A DNA stretch of 64,000 nucleotides from an uncultured delta proteobacterium (GTDB lineage Bacteria > Myxococcota > Myxococcia > Myxococcales > Anaeromyxobacteraceae): contig CAWJSR010000057.1 of assembly GCA_963845515.1 (NCBI GenBank), positions 128,001-192,000 of the forward strand, in the 5' to 3' direction. Of the stretch, positions 55,399 through 64,000 are shown one piece after another. Made by a program: the position numbers and the translations under genes. Under the pieces are notes generated by a model, which was not told where the DNA came from, did not search any database, and was given only the letters and a program-made list of their open reading frames with translations. The stretch's first letter is position 1. Every line of letters starts with the position of its first letter.

Positions 55399-56715
55399 TC
55401 ACGGATCCGGGGCGTGGCGAACCGTCACGGAGAGGGAGCCCGCGCCAGCCGATCGGATTCCCAGCTCAGGGAGCGCCAGGACGTTTCCCTCCCCGTCAGC
55501 GAGCACGACCAGCCCGTCCCGGCGCTCGCGCGGAACCTTCCGGTCGATCAGCCACGCCTTCAGCTTCTTCCCCCCCCGCGCGCGCTCGGGCCGGATCCGG
55601 TCTCCCGGGAGCCGGCCGCGCAGGAAGAGCGGCCAGTGCACGGCGGGCGCCGCCCCGTCGGCGATGGAGACGTCCACCGTCAGGGCGCCGTGGCGGTAGC
55701 TCCCTGGCCCCGGCACGCGCACCACTGCCGGCGGCATCGCCCCACCGCGAGCGCGCTCGACCGTGAGCCTGCCGTAGGCGACGCGCGCCTCCAGTCGTCC
55801 ATGGAGCGAGAGCCGGCCGGGGCGCCCTCGGCCACAGAGCGCGAGCACCGCGTCGATCTGCGAGGCGGGGAGCGCCCGCGCGCCGGGAGAGACGGCGCGC
55901 CAGAGCCACCGCACGGCGCGCCGCCGAACCGCGCGCGGCTGCTCCTCGAGGACGGCGATCGCGATCGAGCCGTCGGCGGAGAGCAGCTCGCGCGCCCGCC
56001 TCGCGAGCGCGCGCTCGTCGTCGCGGAGCAGGTCGGCGGCCCGCGCCAGGGCCCGCTCGAAGCGCGGCTCGAGCCTTCGAAGTATCGGCACCAGCTCCAG
56101 CCGCAGCGCGTTGCGTGCGTACCGGGGCGACGCGTTGGTCGGGTCCTCACGCCAGCGGAGCCCCTGCTCCCCGAGGAAGGCGAGCACTTCGTCCCGTCCG
56201 ACGTCGATCAGCGGGCGGATCACGGCTCCCCGGCGAGGCGGGATCGCGGAGAGCCCGCGCGCCCCCGCGCCTCGCAGCGCCCGCATCAGGAAGGTCTCCG
56301 CCTGGTCGCTGCGCGTGTGACCGGTCGCGATCCGCGCCGCGCCATGGCGCGCCGCAGCCGCACGGAGCGCGGCATAGCGCGCGCGCCTCGCCGACGCCTG
56401 GACGTTGCCGGGAGCCACCGAGACCCGGACCGACTCGAAGGGCACACCCAGCCGCTCGCAGGTCTCCCGCGCGCACCTGGCATCGAGGTCGCCGCCGGCG
56501 CGGAGGCCGTGGTCGACATGGAGCGCGACGAGGTCTCCGATACGGCCGGCATCCCTGAGGGCGGCGAGCGCCGCGACGAGAGCGGTGGAGTCCGGTCCTG
56601 CCGAGAGCGCGGCGAGGACGGTATCGCCGGCAGCGGCGAGCCGGCGTCTCGCGACGGTAGCCGCCACGATCGCGGGCAGCCCCCTGATGGGGCTCTTTTC
56701 GTTTCGGTGGCGCAC
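55399..56715 (-). CDS. tilS: tRNA(Ile)-lysidine synthase
   Basis: SAGPDS, HVDHGLR, ARRARY, HTRSDQAET, IRPL, DPTN..RN.LR; exact start uncertain. Confidence 0.93.
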   Translation of the reverse strand: MRHRNEKSPIRGLPAIVAATVARRRLAAAGDTVLAALSAGPDSTALVAALAALRDAGRIGDLVALHVDHGLRAGGDLDARCARETCERLGVPFESVRVSVAPGNVQASARRARYAALRAAAARHGAARIATGHTRSDQAETFLMRALRGAGARGLSAIPPRRGAVIRPLIDVGRDEVLAFLGEQGLRWREDPTNASPRYARNALRLELVPILRRLEPRFERALARAADLLRDDERALARRARELLSADGSIAIAVLEEQPRAVRRRAVRWLWRAVSPGARALPASQIDAVLALCGRGRPGRLSLHGRLEARVAYGRLTVERARGGAMPPAVVRVPGPGSYRHGALTVDVSIADGAAPAVHWPLFLRGRLPGDRIRPERARGGKKLKAWLIDRKVPRERRDGLVVLADGEGNVLALPELGIRSAGAGSLSVTVRHAPDP

Positions 56716-56921
56716 CGTTCCATCGACTCTTACAGATCGAACCGATGGCGCGGAAGGGGTCTAGCAGGAGGGAATGAACCCGTCACCCGGCTGTTTGCAG
56801 AGATGAAGGCCGAAGGCTCACTGCCGCGTTTGGGCGATGGTTTATGCCTCCTTGCCATTCGCCGGGGTACATGGAATGTTCGGCGGGCTTGAGCGGATGA
56901 TTCTGGCGGTATCGTGATTTT

Positions 56922-57004
56922 CTTGGCGTTGGGCCTGGGGGTCCCCCCCCTCCCCCTCTGGGCCCACCGGGGAGCTGGCAGAAATGCCAGCTCCTCTTTT
57001 TTTT
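56922..57004 (+). ncRNA. Candidate sRNA: C-rich-loop hairpin plus intrinsic terminator
   Basis: TGGGCCTGGGGG-TCCCCCCCCT-CCCCC(TCT)GGGCCCA, then a terminator; TATCGT -10 at 56910-56915; no credible + strand ORF upstream. Confidence 0.55.
56969..57004 (+). terminator. Rho-independent terminator
   Basis: GGGGAGCTGGCA-GAAA-TGCCAGCTCCTC followed by T8. Confidence 0.9.
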
Positions 57005-57111
57005 GCCCGAAGTAGGATCCGGGCGCAGGCTTGCGGATCGAAGCGCCTTGACCCAACAGCCGGCGCCATCGTACAAGGGCGACGTTTCCACACACCTATT
57101 TGGGAGCAGCA

Positions 57112-57327
57112 ATGGCCGCAACCGACAAGCGCAAGCAGTCGCTCTACTTTCCCGAGGACATGCTGAACGAGATCCAGACGGAGGCGAATCGTCAGGATCG
57201 TTCGCTCTCCTGGATCGTGCAGCAGGCCTGGCGCATCGCTCGCGGCGAGATCATGCGTTTCCCGTCCGTCAACGACGTTCTCTCGGGGGCGGCCCGCCCG
57301 GACGAGCGCGAAGAGCGCGGCAGCTGA
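57112..57327 (+). CDS. TIGR04563-type (MXAN_4361/4362 family) small RHH-like protein
   Basis: DKRKQSLYFPEDML.EI..EA.RQDRSLSWIVQQAW signature; TTGACC-N18-TACAAG upstream (57048-57077). Confidence 0.88.
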   Translation: MAATDKRKQSLYFPEDMLNEIQTEANRQDRSLSWIVQQAWRIARGEIMRFPSVNDVLSGAARPDEREERGS

Positions 57328-57364
57328 GCAGCGCTCCGCCCTGCACGAAGCCTCAGGCAGCCCC

Positions 57365-57407
57365 CGAAGCCCGCGCTCCCACGGAGTCGCGGGCTTCGTC
57401 GTCTTTT
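57365..57407 (+). terminator. Probable terminator
   Basis: CGAAGCCCGCG..CGCGGGCTTCG stem followed by TCGTCTTTT. Confidence 0.6.
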
Positions 57408-57466
57408 GACTCGATCGGCGCTGGCCGGTAGGCTCGCTCCTCACCCTTGGTCCGGCCCGTGCCCCG

Positions 57467-58771
57467 ATGACAAAGCGCAAAGACCCTGATCCCAGGCTGG
57501 CTTCCGACGACGAGCTCCCGGAGTCGGAGGAGTTCGATCCCTACGCCCCCCCCGAGGAGCTATCCGGTCCCATGGCCCCCGCACGTGGGGGGCGCGGGGA
57601 GCGTGGGTCCAGGGGGGCCGATGACGAGGTCGCGCTGGACTTCGGCTCGCAGTCGCCCGCGCGCAGGGGGCTCCCGAAGACGGCCATCGCCATCGCGGTC
57701 GTAGTCCTCGTCGCGGCCGGGCTCCTGGCCTACAGATCGGTCTCCCGCCGGAAGGCGCTCCGGACGGCGGTGGCGCAGGCGGAGGTCGACCTCCGGCTCG
57801 ACACTGCCGACGGATACAGGAAGGCCTCGGAGATCCTCGCGCCGTTTGCCGTGCAGGATCCGCTCGAGACCGGGGGCATGCGGGCGTTCGCGCTCGGGAT
57901 GCTCGCCCTCGACTACCGTGACTCCGACGCCGCCGACGAGGCGGAGGGCTTGCTGGTGAAGCCCGAGCGAGCGGACCCGATCCCGCGCTGGGCCAACCTC
58001 GCCCGCGCCGCGCTGGCGCTGAGCCGGGGTGAGGCCGGGACCGCGATGACCGCCGCTAGCCGGGTCCCCGGCGATCCGGTGGCCGCGACGCTGGAAGGTC
58101 GGATCGCGCTGGCAGCGGGCAACCTCGAGGCGGCGCTGGAGCCCCTCCACTCAGCCGCCGCAGCCGAGCCGCCGCTTCCGGCGGCGCTGGCGCTCCACGG
58201 CGACGTCGTGCGCCGCGCCAAGCGCGACGGCAAGGCCGCGAAGGCAGCCTACACCCGTGCGCTCTCGAGCTCCGGGGCACACGTCCATGCGCGGGCAGCC
58301 TTCGGCCTGGCCAAGCTGGCGCTGACAGGCCAGCTCCCGCCGGCTGACGCGACGGAGCAGCTCGTGAGGCTGGCGGCCGACGATGGAACGCCTCCCAACG
58401 AGCGGGCTCGAGCCGTGCTGCACGCCGCAGCGATCGCCATCCGGGCAGGCGACCGCGTCATGGCCGCCTCGCTGCTCGACGGCGCCGGGTTCGACCCGGC
58501 CTCGCGGGACTGGGCGGAGAGGGCGGCCACTCTCGAGGCCGACACCGGCCGGATCTACCGCGCCGTCGAGGGGGCTCCTGCCGGGCTGCTGTCGGCCAGC
58601 GACGACGATCCTCCCGAGCTTCCGCCGGTGGTGATCGCACCTCCAGAACCCGCCCCGACGGCTGCGCCGGCGAAGGTCACCCGGACCAAGGCGGCTGCGA
58701 AGCGGTCGACCGTGCCCAAGAAGAAGGCCGCCGTCCGGAAGGCGACCCGGAAGACGGGCACGCGGCGCTGA
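57467..58771 (+). CDS. Membrane-anchored TPR-like hypothetical protein
   Basis: Acidic N-terminus, single TM, Ala/Leu helical repeats, Lys-rich tail. Confidence 0.7.
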   Translation: MTKRKDPDPRLASDDELPESEEFDPYAPPEELSGPMAPARGGRGERGSRGADDEVALDFGSQSPARRGLPKTAIAIAVVVLVAAGLLAYRSVSRRKALRTAVAQAEVDLRLDTADGYRKASEILAPFAVQDPLETGGMRAFALGMLALDYRDSDAADEAEGLLVKPERADPIPRWANLARAALALSRGEAGTAMTAASRVPGDPVAATLEGRIALAAGNLEAALEPLHSAAAAEPPLPAALALHGDVVRRAKRDGKAAKAAYTRALSSSGAHVHARAAFGLAKLALTGQLPPADATEQLVRLAADDGTPPNERARAVLHAAAIAIRAGDRVMAASLLDGAGFDPASRDWAERAATLEADTGRIYRAVEGAPAGLLSASDDDPPELPPVVIAPPEPAPTAAPAKVTRTKAAAKRSTVPKKKAAVRKATRKTGTRR

Positions 58772-58922
58772 TCCGGGCACCGCGGGGCTCGGCGCGCAGG
58801 CGGGCCGCCTGCCGTGCGGGCTAGCCACCCCGCACTGCACGCTCCGCTGGCAGTCAGGTGGCGCCCAACCGCGCGCCGCCGCCGCACGTCCGGAAAGATC
58901 CAGTCCTTTCAGCCCCCCAGCC

Positions 58923-58939
58923 TCGGCACACCGGCTGCA
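58923..58939 (+). promoter_or_regulatory. Sigma-54-like promoter of amtB
   Basis: TCGGCAC-ACCGG-CTGCA, GG-N10-GC spacing. Confidence 0.5.
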
Positions 58940-58975
58940 ATCGCCAGTGCTGTCGCTCAACCGCTGGAGGCAAAT

Positions 58976-60346
58976 GTGAGAAAGTTCCTGCTGGCCCCGC
59001 TGCTCTTCGCGCCCTCGATCACGCTGGCGTCGGGTGGCATAGACACCGGCGACACCGCCCTCGTCCTCATCGGCGCCGGGCTGGTGCTCCTGATGACCCC
59101 CGGCCTCGCGTTCTTCTACGGCGGCCTGGTGCGCGCGAAGAACGTCGTCCACACGATGAACATGTCGATCGCCTGCATGGCGGTCGCGGGCGTCATCTGG
59201 GCGCTCGTCGGGTACTCGCTCTCGTTCTCGCCCGGCACCGGCGCTCTCGACGCGGTCATCGGCGGCTTCGCCTGGCTGGGGCTCGGCGGCGTGGGGGCAG
59301 CGCCCGAGCCTTCGCTCGCGGCGACCATACCCCACACGGCCTTCATGCTCTTCCAGGGGATGTTCGCGGTGATCACGCCCGCGCTCATCTCGGGCGCGAT
59401 CGTCGAGCGCGCCCGGATCAAGGGGTGGCTCCTCTTCGTGGCGCTCTGGAGCATCTTCGTCTACGCGCCGGTCGCGCACTGGGTCTGGGCGCCGGGCGGC
59501 TGGCTCCGCGGGCTCGGCGTCCTCGACTTCGCCGGTGGGACGGTGGTCCACATCAACGCCGCCGCCGCGGCCGTCGTCGCCGCGCTGGTGCTCGGCAAGC
59601 GTCGCGGCCTGCGCGGCCCGACGGTCATGCCGCACAACGTCCCCTTCGCCATCCTCGGGATGGGGCTCCTGTGGTTCGGCTGGCTCGGCTTCAACGGCGC
59701 GTCCGCGCTCGGCGCCAACGGCCTCGCCGCCGCGGCCTTCGCCAACACCTTCTTCGCCCCTGCCGCGGCCGCGGCAGCGTGGGGGCTCATCGAGGTCTGG
59801 AAGCACGGAAAGATGTCCGGGGTCGGGCTCGCCTCCGGCGCGGTCGCGGGGATGGTCGCCATCACCCCCGCCGCAGGGTTCGTCACCCCAGCGGCATCGC
59901 TGGTCATCGGCGCGCTCGCCTCCGTCGCCTCCTTCGTGGCGGTCCGGTTCCGCCCGCGGCTGGGGCTCGACGACTCCCTCGACGTCTTCGGAATCCACGG
60001 GGTCGGGGCGACGGTCGGCGCGCTCCTGACCGGGGTCTTCGCCACCACCGCGGTCAACTCCGCCGGCGCCGACGCGAGCCTGCTCCTCTTCGGAAAGCAG
60101 GCGCTCGGCGTGGCCGCGACCATGGCCTTCTCCGGGCTGCTGACCTACGGCCTCCTGAAGGCCGTCGGGCTCGTGACCACGCTCCGCTCGGACGAGCAGG
60201 ACGAGTGGACCGGCCTCGACCACGCCGAGGCCGGAGAGCGAGGCTACGTGAGCGGCGACATGGACTCAGCCCACGTCAGCCCGCCCGCCACCTCGGCGGC
60301 GCACCCGGAGACCGGGAGCACGGCGCTCTCGCCGAACGCGGTCTAG
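58976..60346 (+). CDS. amtB: Ammonium transporter
   Basis: LMTPGLAFFYGG, FQGMFA, DFAGGTVVH, LWFGW.GFN, DDSLDVFGIHG; GGAGG RBS before GTG. Confidence 0.97.
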   Translation: MRKFLLAPLLFAPSITLASGGIDTGDTALVLIGAGLVLLMTPGLAFFYGGLVRAKNVVHTMNMSIACMAVAGVIWALVGYSLSFSPGTGALDAVIGGFAWLGLGGVGAAPEPSLAATIPHTAFMLFQGMFAVITPALISGAIVERARIKGWLLFVALWSIFVYAPVAHWVWAPGGWLRGLGVLDFAGGTVVHINAAAAAVVAALVLGKRRGLRGPTVMPHNVPFAILGMGLLWFGWLGFNGASALGANGLAAAAFANTFFAPAAAAAAWGLIEVWKHGKMSGVGLASGAVAGMVAITPAAGFVTPAASLVIGALASVASFVAVRFRPRLGLDDSLDVFGIHGVGATVGALLTGVFATTAVNSAGADASLLLFGKQALGVAATMAFSGLLTYGLLKAVGLVTTLRSDEQDEWTGLDHAEAGERGYVSGDMDSAHVSPPATSAAHPETGSTALSPNAV

Positions 60347-60350
60347 TCTC

Positions 60351-60836
60351 CTAGCCGACCAGCTGCGCGAGGACGGTGTCGAAGACGAAGATCTCCATCC
60401 GCTCGCGGTCCGCGTCGGAGAGCCCCGCGAAGCGGAAGGAGACGCGGACGTTGCCGGTCTGGGCCTTCACGTCGGTGACCCGGCACTGTCCGGCGAGCGG
60501 CTCCGACGCGGGCATCCGGATCGAGAAGCGGACCTCCTCTCCGAGCGACGGCGACTTGGAGAGGAGGGTCGAGAACCCGCCCGTCGACACGTCTATGGTC
60601 ACGGCCTTGACGTGGCTGGTCGGAAGGTCGAGGTCCACCTGGAGCGCCCGCGAGACGCGGAGCGCCTGCCGCGGCGTCTCGCCCGGCTTCACGGTGAGCC
60701 GCTGGGCCGCGAGGAGAGCGCGCGCGAGCTCGTCGCGCCCCGCCCTGTAGACGGCCGCCTCCCGCGGGTTGAGCTGGGCACGGCGGGCCCGCTCGTGCAT
60801 GTCGCGGAACGTGGAAAGCCACTCGGCCAGGCTCAT
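60351..60836 (-). CDS. PilZ-domain protein
   Basis: RQALR (RxxxR) and DVSTGG (DxSxxG) c-di-GMP motifs. Confidence 0.88.
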   Translation of the reverse strand: MSLAEWLSTFRDMHERARRAQLNPREAAVYRAGRDELARALLAAQRLTVKPGETPRQALRVSRALQVDLDLPTSHVKAVTIDVSTGGFSTLLSKSPSLGEEVRFSIRMPASEPLAGQCRVTDVKAQTGNVRVSFRFAGLSDADRERMEIFVFDTVLAQLVG

Positions 60837-60947
60837 CGCCGCCCCCTCACTGTCCACGGCGGGTGCCGCGGCCACTGCAAACACGTCGCGCGACCGTAAC
60901 CCCGCGCCGTTCTGGCGGTCAAGGAATCGCCCCCACCAGCGCGCCGT

Positions 60948-61463
60948 TCACCGTGCGGAATCGAACCGGACCGAACCCTCGACACCGCGCTGGGCCGCGG
61001 CCGTCGCCGCGTCCATGGGCGATACCCCCATGAACTCCACCCGATACTGCCGGGGCCCGTCACAGGCCGCCCACGCCCACCCGTGCCAGCCGCGCCGATC
61101 GCCCTCCATCACGAAGGCAGCCCGCCCGCCCAACCTCGTCGGATGGCTCCGGCTCCGCTCGAGGCCAGCCGCGCTACGCCCGATCGACTGGTCGGCCTGG
61201 GCGAGGCACTCGGCCTCGGTCGCGAAGGGTCGCTCCAGCCTGGCGGCCTTCAGCACCGCCTGGCCGTCCCGCGACTTCGCGTCGATCCGGACGGCATCAC
61301 CCCTCGCGCCCCAATCATCCGGGAGCTCGAGCGTCAGCTCGCCTACCCTGTAGCCGAGCCAGCCTTCCCTGCCGGTCGGGAGTCCGCGCAGCCCGCCACA
61401 CCCGGTCGAGAGCAGCAGCAGCGCTGCGCAGGCGAGCGTGGACGACCGGATGGTCCGCTTCAT
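60948..61463 (-). CDS. Hypothetical lipoprotein
   Basis: Lipobox LLSTGC; LELPDDW motif. Confidence 0.7.
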   Translation of the reverse strand: MKRTIRSSTLACAALLLLSTGCGGLRGLPTGREGWLGYRVGELTLELPDDWGARGDAVRIDAKSRDGQAVLKAARLERPFATEAECLAQADQSIGRSAAGLERSRSHPTRLGGRAAFVMEGDRRGWHGWAWAACDGPRQYRVEFMGVSPMDAATAAAQRGVEGSVRFDSAR

Positions 61464-61496
61464 CGAGATCACCGATACCCCTCCCCTCGAAGCTCA

Positions 61497-62807
61497 CTAC
61501 GGCGGAAGTCGCGACGCGAAGGTGCGGGCCGAGATCCCGAAGCACTCCTGCCCATCGCTCGCCTCCACGCGAACCCTCACCACCTGGCCGCGCCGCTCGT
61601 CCGAGGCGGGCCAGCGGACCGTGGCGTAGCGGCGCGAAGTCCCGCGCGCCAGGCCGCCCTCGACCCGCTCCACGACGACGTCCAGGACGTGCCCTGCGAG
61701 CCCCTTGATGTAGGTCCGCCACCGCCGGTCTCCGAGGGCCACCAGCTCCCGTGCGCGCTCGCGGACCACCGGGCCGGCGACCTGATCCTGCATCGCGGCG
61801 GCCGGCGTCCCGGGGCGGGCCGAGTATGGGAAGACGTGCAGGTAGGCGAGCGGCAGCTGCTCGAGGAGCCGAACCGTCTCGCGGAAGTCCTCGTCGGTCT
61901 CGCCCGGGAAGCCCACCATCACGTCCGTCCCAAGGCACGCCCCGGGCGCGAGCGCGGCGATCTCCTCGATGACCTTCCTGAATCCGCCGGGACCGTACCT
62001 TCGCCTCATGAGGCGAAGGATCCGCTCCGAGCCGCTCTGGAGCGGGATGTGGAAGTGGTCGCAAAGGACGCCCGAGACGGCCGGGTCGACCAGCGCCTCC
62101 ACCGGGAACTCCTCGGACTCTATCGAGGAGAGGCGAAGCCGGCCGGCGGCCCTGCGCTCCACCGCCACCCGCAGGAGCTCGGCCAGGCTCCGCTCCGGCG
62201 CCAGATCCCGACCGTACGCCCCCAGGTGAACGCCCGTGAGGACCACCTCGGCGTTCCGCTCGCCGAGGCGGGCCAGCTGCGCGAGCGCCTGATCGAAGGG
62301 CATCGACCGGGAGGCACCTCGCGCCAGCGGCACCACACAGAAGCTGCAGCGCTGGTCGCAGCCGTCCTGGAGCTTCAGGAACGGGCGCGTGTGCCCGTAG
62401 GCCTCCAGCGGCGCGGGCCCCCACTCCGGCCCCACCTCAGGGGCGCGCGCGGCCGGAGAGATCTCGTCGCCGGACAGACGCCCCAGGACCTCCCTGATCG
62501 CCGTCTGCTGCCTCACCCCGAGCACGGCCGCCACGCCGGGCAGCACAGCGAGGACGTCGTGGGCGAGCTCCGCGTAGCACCCCGTGACGACGATCCTGGC
62601 CGTAGGGTTCTCCCGCGCCGCGCGCCGGATCGCCTGCCGCGCGGCCGAGTCTGCGTCGTGGGTGATCGTGCAGGTGTTGACGACGATGAAGTCGGCAGGC
62701 TCCCCCTCCGGCACGACGTGGAAGGCGCCGTCGACGCTGGCCGCCATCGTGTCGAGGTCGGCGCGGTTGACGCGGCACCCGAGGGCCATGAAGGAGACGC
62801 GCCGCAT
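61497..62807 (-). CDS. mtaB: tRNA methylthiotransferase (MtaB-like radical SAM)
   Basis: LGCRVN, NTCTIT, TGCYA, KLQDGCDQRCSFC, VGFPGET, HVFPYS.RPGT. Confidence 0.9.
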   Translation of the reverse strand: MRRVSFMALGCRVNRADLDTMAASVDGAFHVVPEGEPADFIVVNTCTITHDADSAARQAIRRAARENPTARIVVTGCYAELAHDVLAVLPGVAAVLGVRQQTAIREVLGRLSGDEISPAARAPEVGPEWGPAPLEAYGHTRPFLKLQDGCDQRCSFCVVPLARGASRSMPFDQALAQLARLGERNAEVVLTGVHLGAYGRDLAPERSLAELLRVAVERRAAGRLRLSSIESEEFPVEALVDPAVSGVLCDHFHIPLQSGSERILRLMRRRYGPGGFRKVIEEIAALAPGACLGTDVMVGFPGETDEDFRETVRLLEQLPLAYLHVFPYSARPGTPAAAMQDQVAGPVVRERARELVALGDRRWRTYIKGLAGHVLDVVVERVEGGLARGTSRRYATVRWPASDERRGQVVRVRVEASDGQECFGISARTFASRLPP

Positions 62808-62818
62808 GGGTCGCGGCA

Positions 62819-63667
62819 CTACGCTGCCGAGCCGCCCGGCGCGGGGATCTCGAGGACGAACTTCGCGCCCGAGAAGAGCCGGGCCACGGTCCCCGGCTGC
62901 GTTCGCGGCGGGCTCTCCACCCAGGCGGCCCCACCGTGCGCCTCGGCGATCCGGCGCGCGACGGGGAGCCCGAGCCCCGACCCTGGAATGCTGGCGTCGT
63001 CCACGCCCCGGGTGGCGGCGTGGTGGAACGGCTCGAAGATCGCCAGCTGGTCGGCTGGAAGGACGCCCGGGCCCTGATCGTAGACCGCCACGCGGAGCAC
63101 CTCCGCCTCGCGCAGCACCTCGACCAGGATCTCTCCGCCGTGGGGGGAGAACTTGATGGCGTTCCCGATGACGTTCCCGATGGCCTGCTTCAGCTTCTTC
63201 GCGTCGGCGACGAGCGCACCTCCCCCGGTCTTCGTGACCGTGACGTGCACCTGCCCATCGCGGATCGCGGCGCGGAGCTCCGCGACCACCTCGTCGACGA
63301 TGGCCGCGGGGTCCACCGGCGCCAGCTTCAGCGACGCGGCGCTCGTCTGGAGGCTCGCGAAGTCGGAGAGGTTCTCGATGATGCGCGACAGCCGCGCCAC
63401 CGATCCGAGCATCGACTCCAGGACCTTCTTCTGCTGCGGGGAGAGCGGCCCGAGCTTCTCGCTCTGGAGGATCCGGAGGTAGCCGGCGAGCGGCGTGATC
63501 GGCGTGCTGAGCTCGTGGACGAGGTCGCGCACGAAGGTCGCGCGGGCCGTCTCGGAGGCCTCGGGCGAACCGGTGGCGCTCTCGATGGAGAGCCCGGCCT
63601 CCTCGATCATCCTTCGCAGGTTGGCGGGGAGCGGCTCGGCGCCCACGATGTGAATCACACGGCCCAT
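62819..63667 (-). CDS. Histidine kinase (HisKA + HATPase), no evident sensor domain
   Basis: HELSTP, NVIGNAIKFS, DQGPG, IFEPF, GSGLGL. Confidence 0.92.
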   Translation of the reverse strand: MGRVIHIVGAEPLPANLRRMIEEAGLSIESATGSPEASETARATFVRDLVHELSTPITPLAGYLRILQSEKLGPLSPQQKKVLESMLGSVARLSRIIENLSDFASLQTSAASLKLAPVDPAAIVDEVVAELRAAIRDGQVHVTVTKTGGGALVADAKKLKQAIGNVIGNAIKFSPHGGEILVEVLREAEVLRVAVYDQGPGVLPADQLAIFEPFHHAATRGVDDASIPGSGLGLPVARRIAEAHGGAAWVESPPRTQPGTVARLFSGAKFVLEIPAPGGSAA

Positions 63668-63721
63668 CCAACCTCCAGCTTAACCCCGGGGGCGCGGATT
63701 ATACGCACCCGCGCCACGGAG

Positions 63722-64000
63722 TCACCTCACCGGGGGCCCTCGGCTGGCCCAGTACGCGCGCGCCAGGGCGGCGAGCGTGTCCGGGGTATTCCGGCCCGGC
63801 TCGGCGAGGACGCAGTCGAGCAGGTGGCGCAGCGTCTCGCCGACCCATGCACCCGACTCTGCGCCTGCCAGGTCCATGAGTCCACGCCCGTCGAGCGCGA
63901 GCTCCCCCAGGGAGAGTGGGGGGCGCCTGGCCAGCTCCCGCTCGACCTCCCAGGCGAAGGCACGGACCGCCCGCTGCGCGCGCCGGCGAAGCCGGTTCGG
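63722..64000 (-). CDS. C-terminal part of a tRNA nucleotidyltransferase/HD-family protein (partial)
   Basis: Manual translation ..PPLSLGELALDGRGLMDLAGAESGAWVGETLRHLLDCVLAEPGRNTPDTL..*, typical of a CCA-enzyme tail. Confidence 0.7.
   Translation of the reverse strand, partial: PNRLRRRAQRAVRAFAWEVERELARRPPLSLGELALDGRGLMDLAGAESGAWVGETLRHLLDCVLAEPGRNTPDTLAALARAYWASRGPPVR

Overview
Very GC-rich core-chromosome window from an Anaeromyxobacter-like myxobacterium (Myxococcota; taxonomy inferred from gene content such as a TIGR04563-type small protein, an AgmX/PglI-type GYF protein and extra Hsp70 paralogs). It is mostly housekeeping: fur-feoB iron locus, clpX, truA, gap-pgk-tpiA-secG, argS, sppA, rpsA-ispH-cmk, accA, miaA, hisS, psd, tsaE-nnr-acpS-pdxJ-glmM-folP-ftsH-tilS, amtB, mtaB and two tRNA-Leu genes, plus two small accessory islets (vapBC with a Y1-transposase scrap; TetR/MBL/SDR pseudogene). 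Main signals: (1) a 74-aa glutaredoxin-like gene at 7453-7677(-), absent from the ORF track, with two in-frame UGA codons each followed by a SECIS-like hairpin (UXX-star-type selenoprotein); (2) a translationally coupled pair of ThiF/MoeB proteins that split the E1 active site between them, as eukaryotic heterodimeric E1s do; (3) an ~80-nt candidate sRNA with a C-rich loop and strong terminator at 56922-57004; (4) a small basic protein with an Lsr2/H-NS-like layout beside a tRNA. Five frameshifts, all +1, look like systematic sequencing error. All calls come from manual reading and motif recognition; no searches were run.
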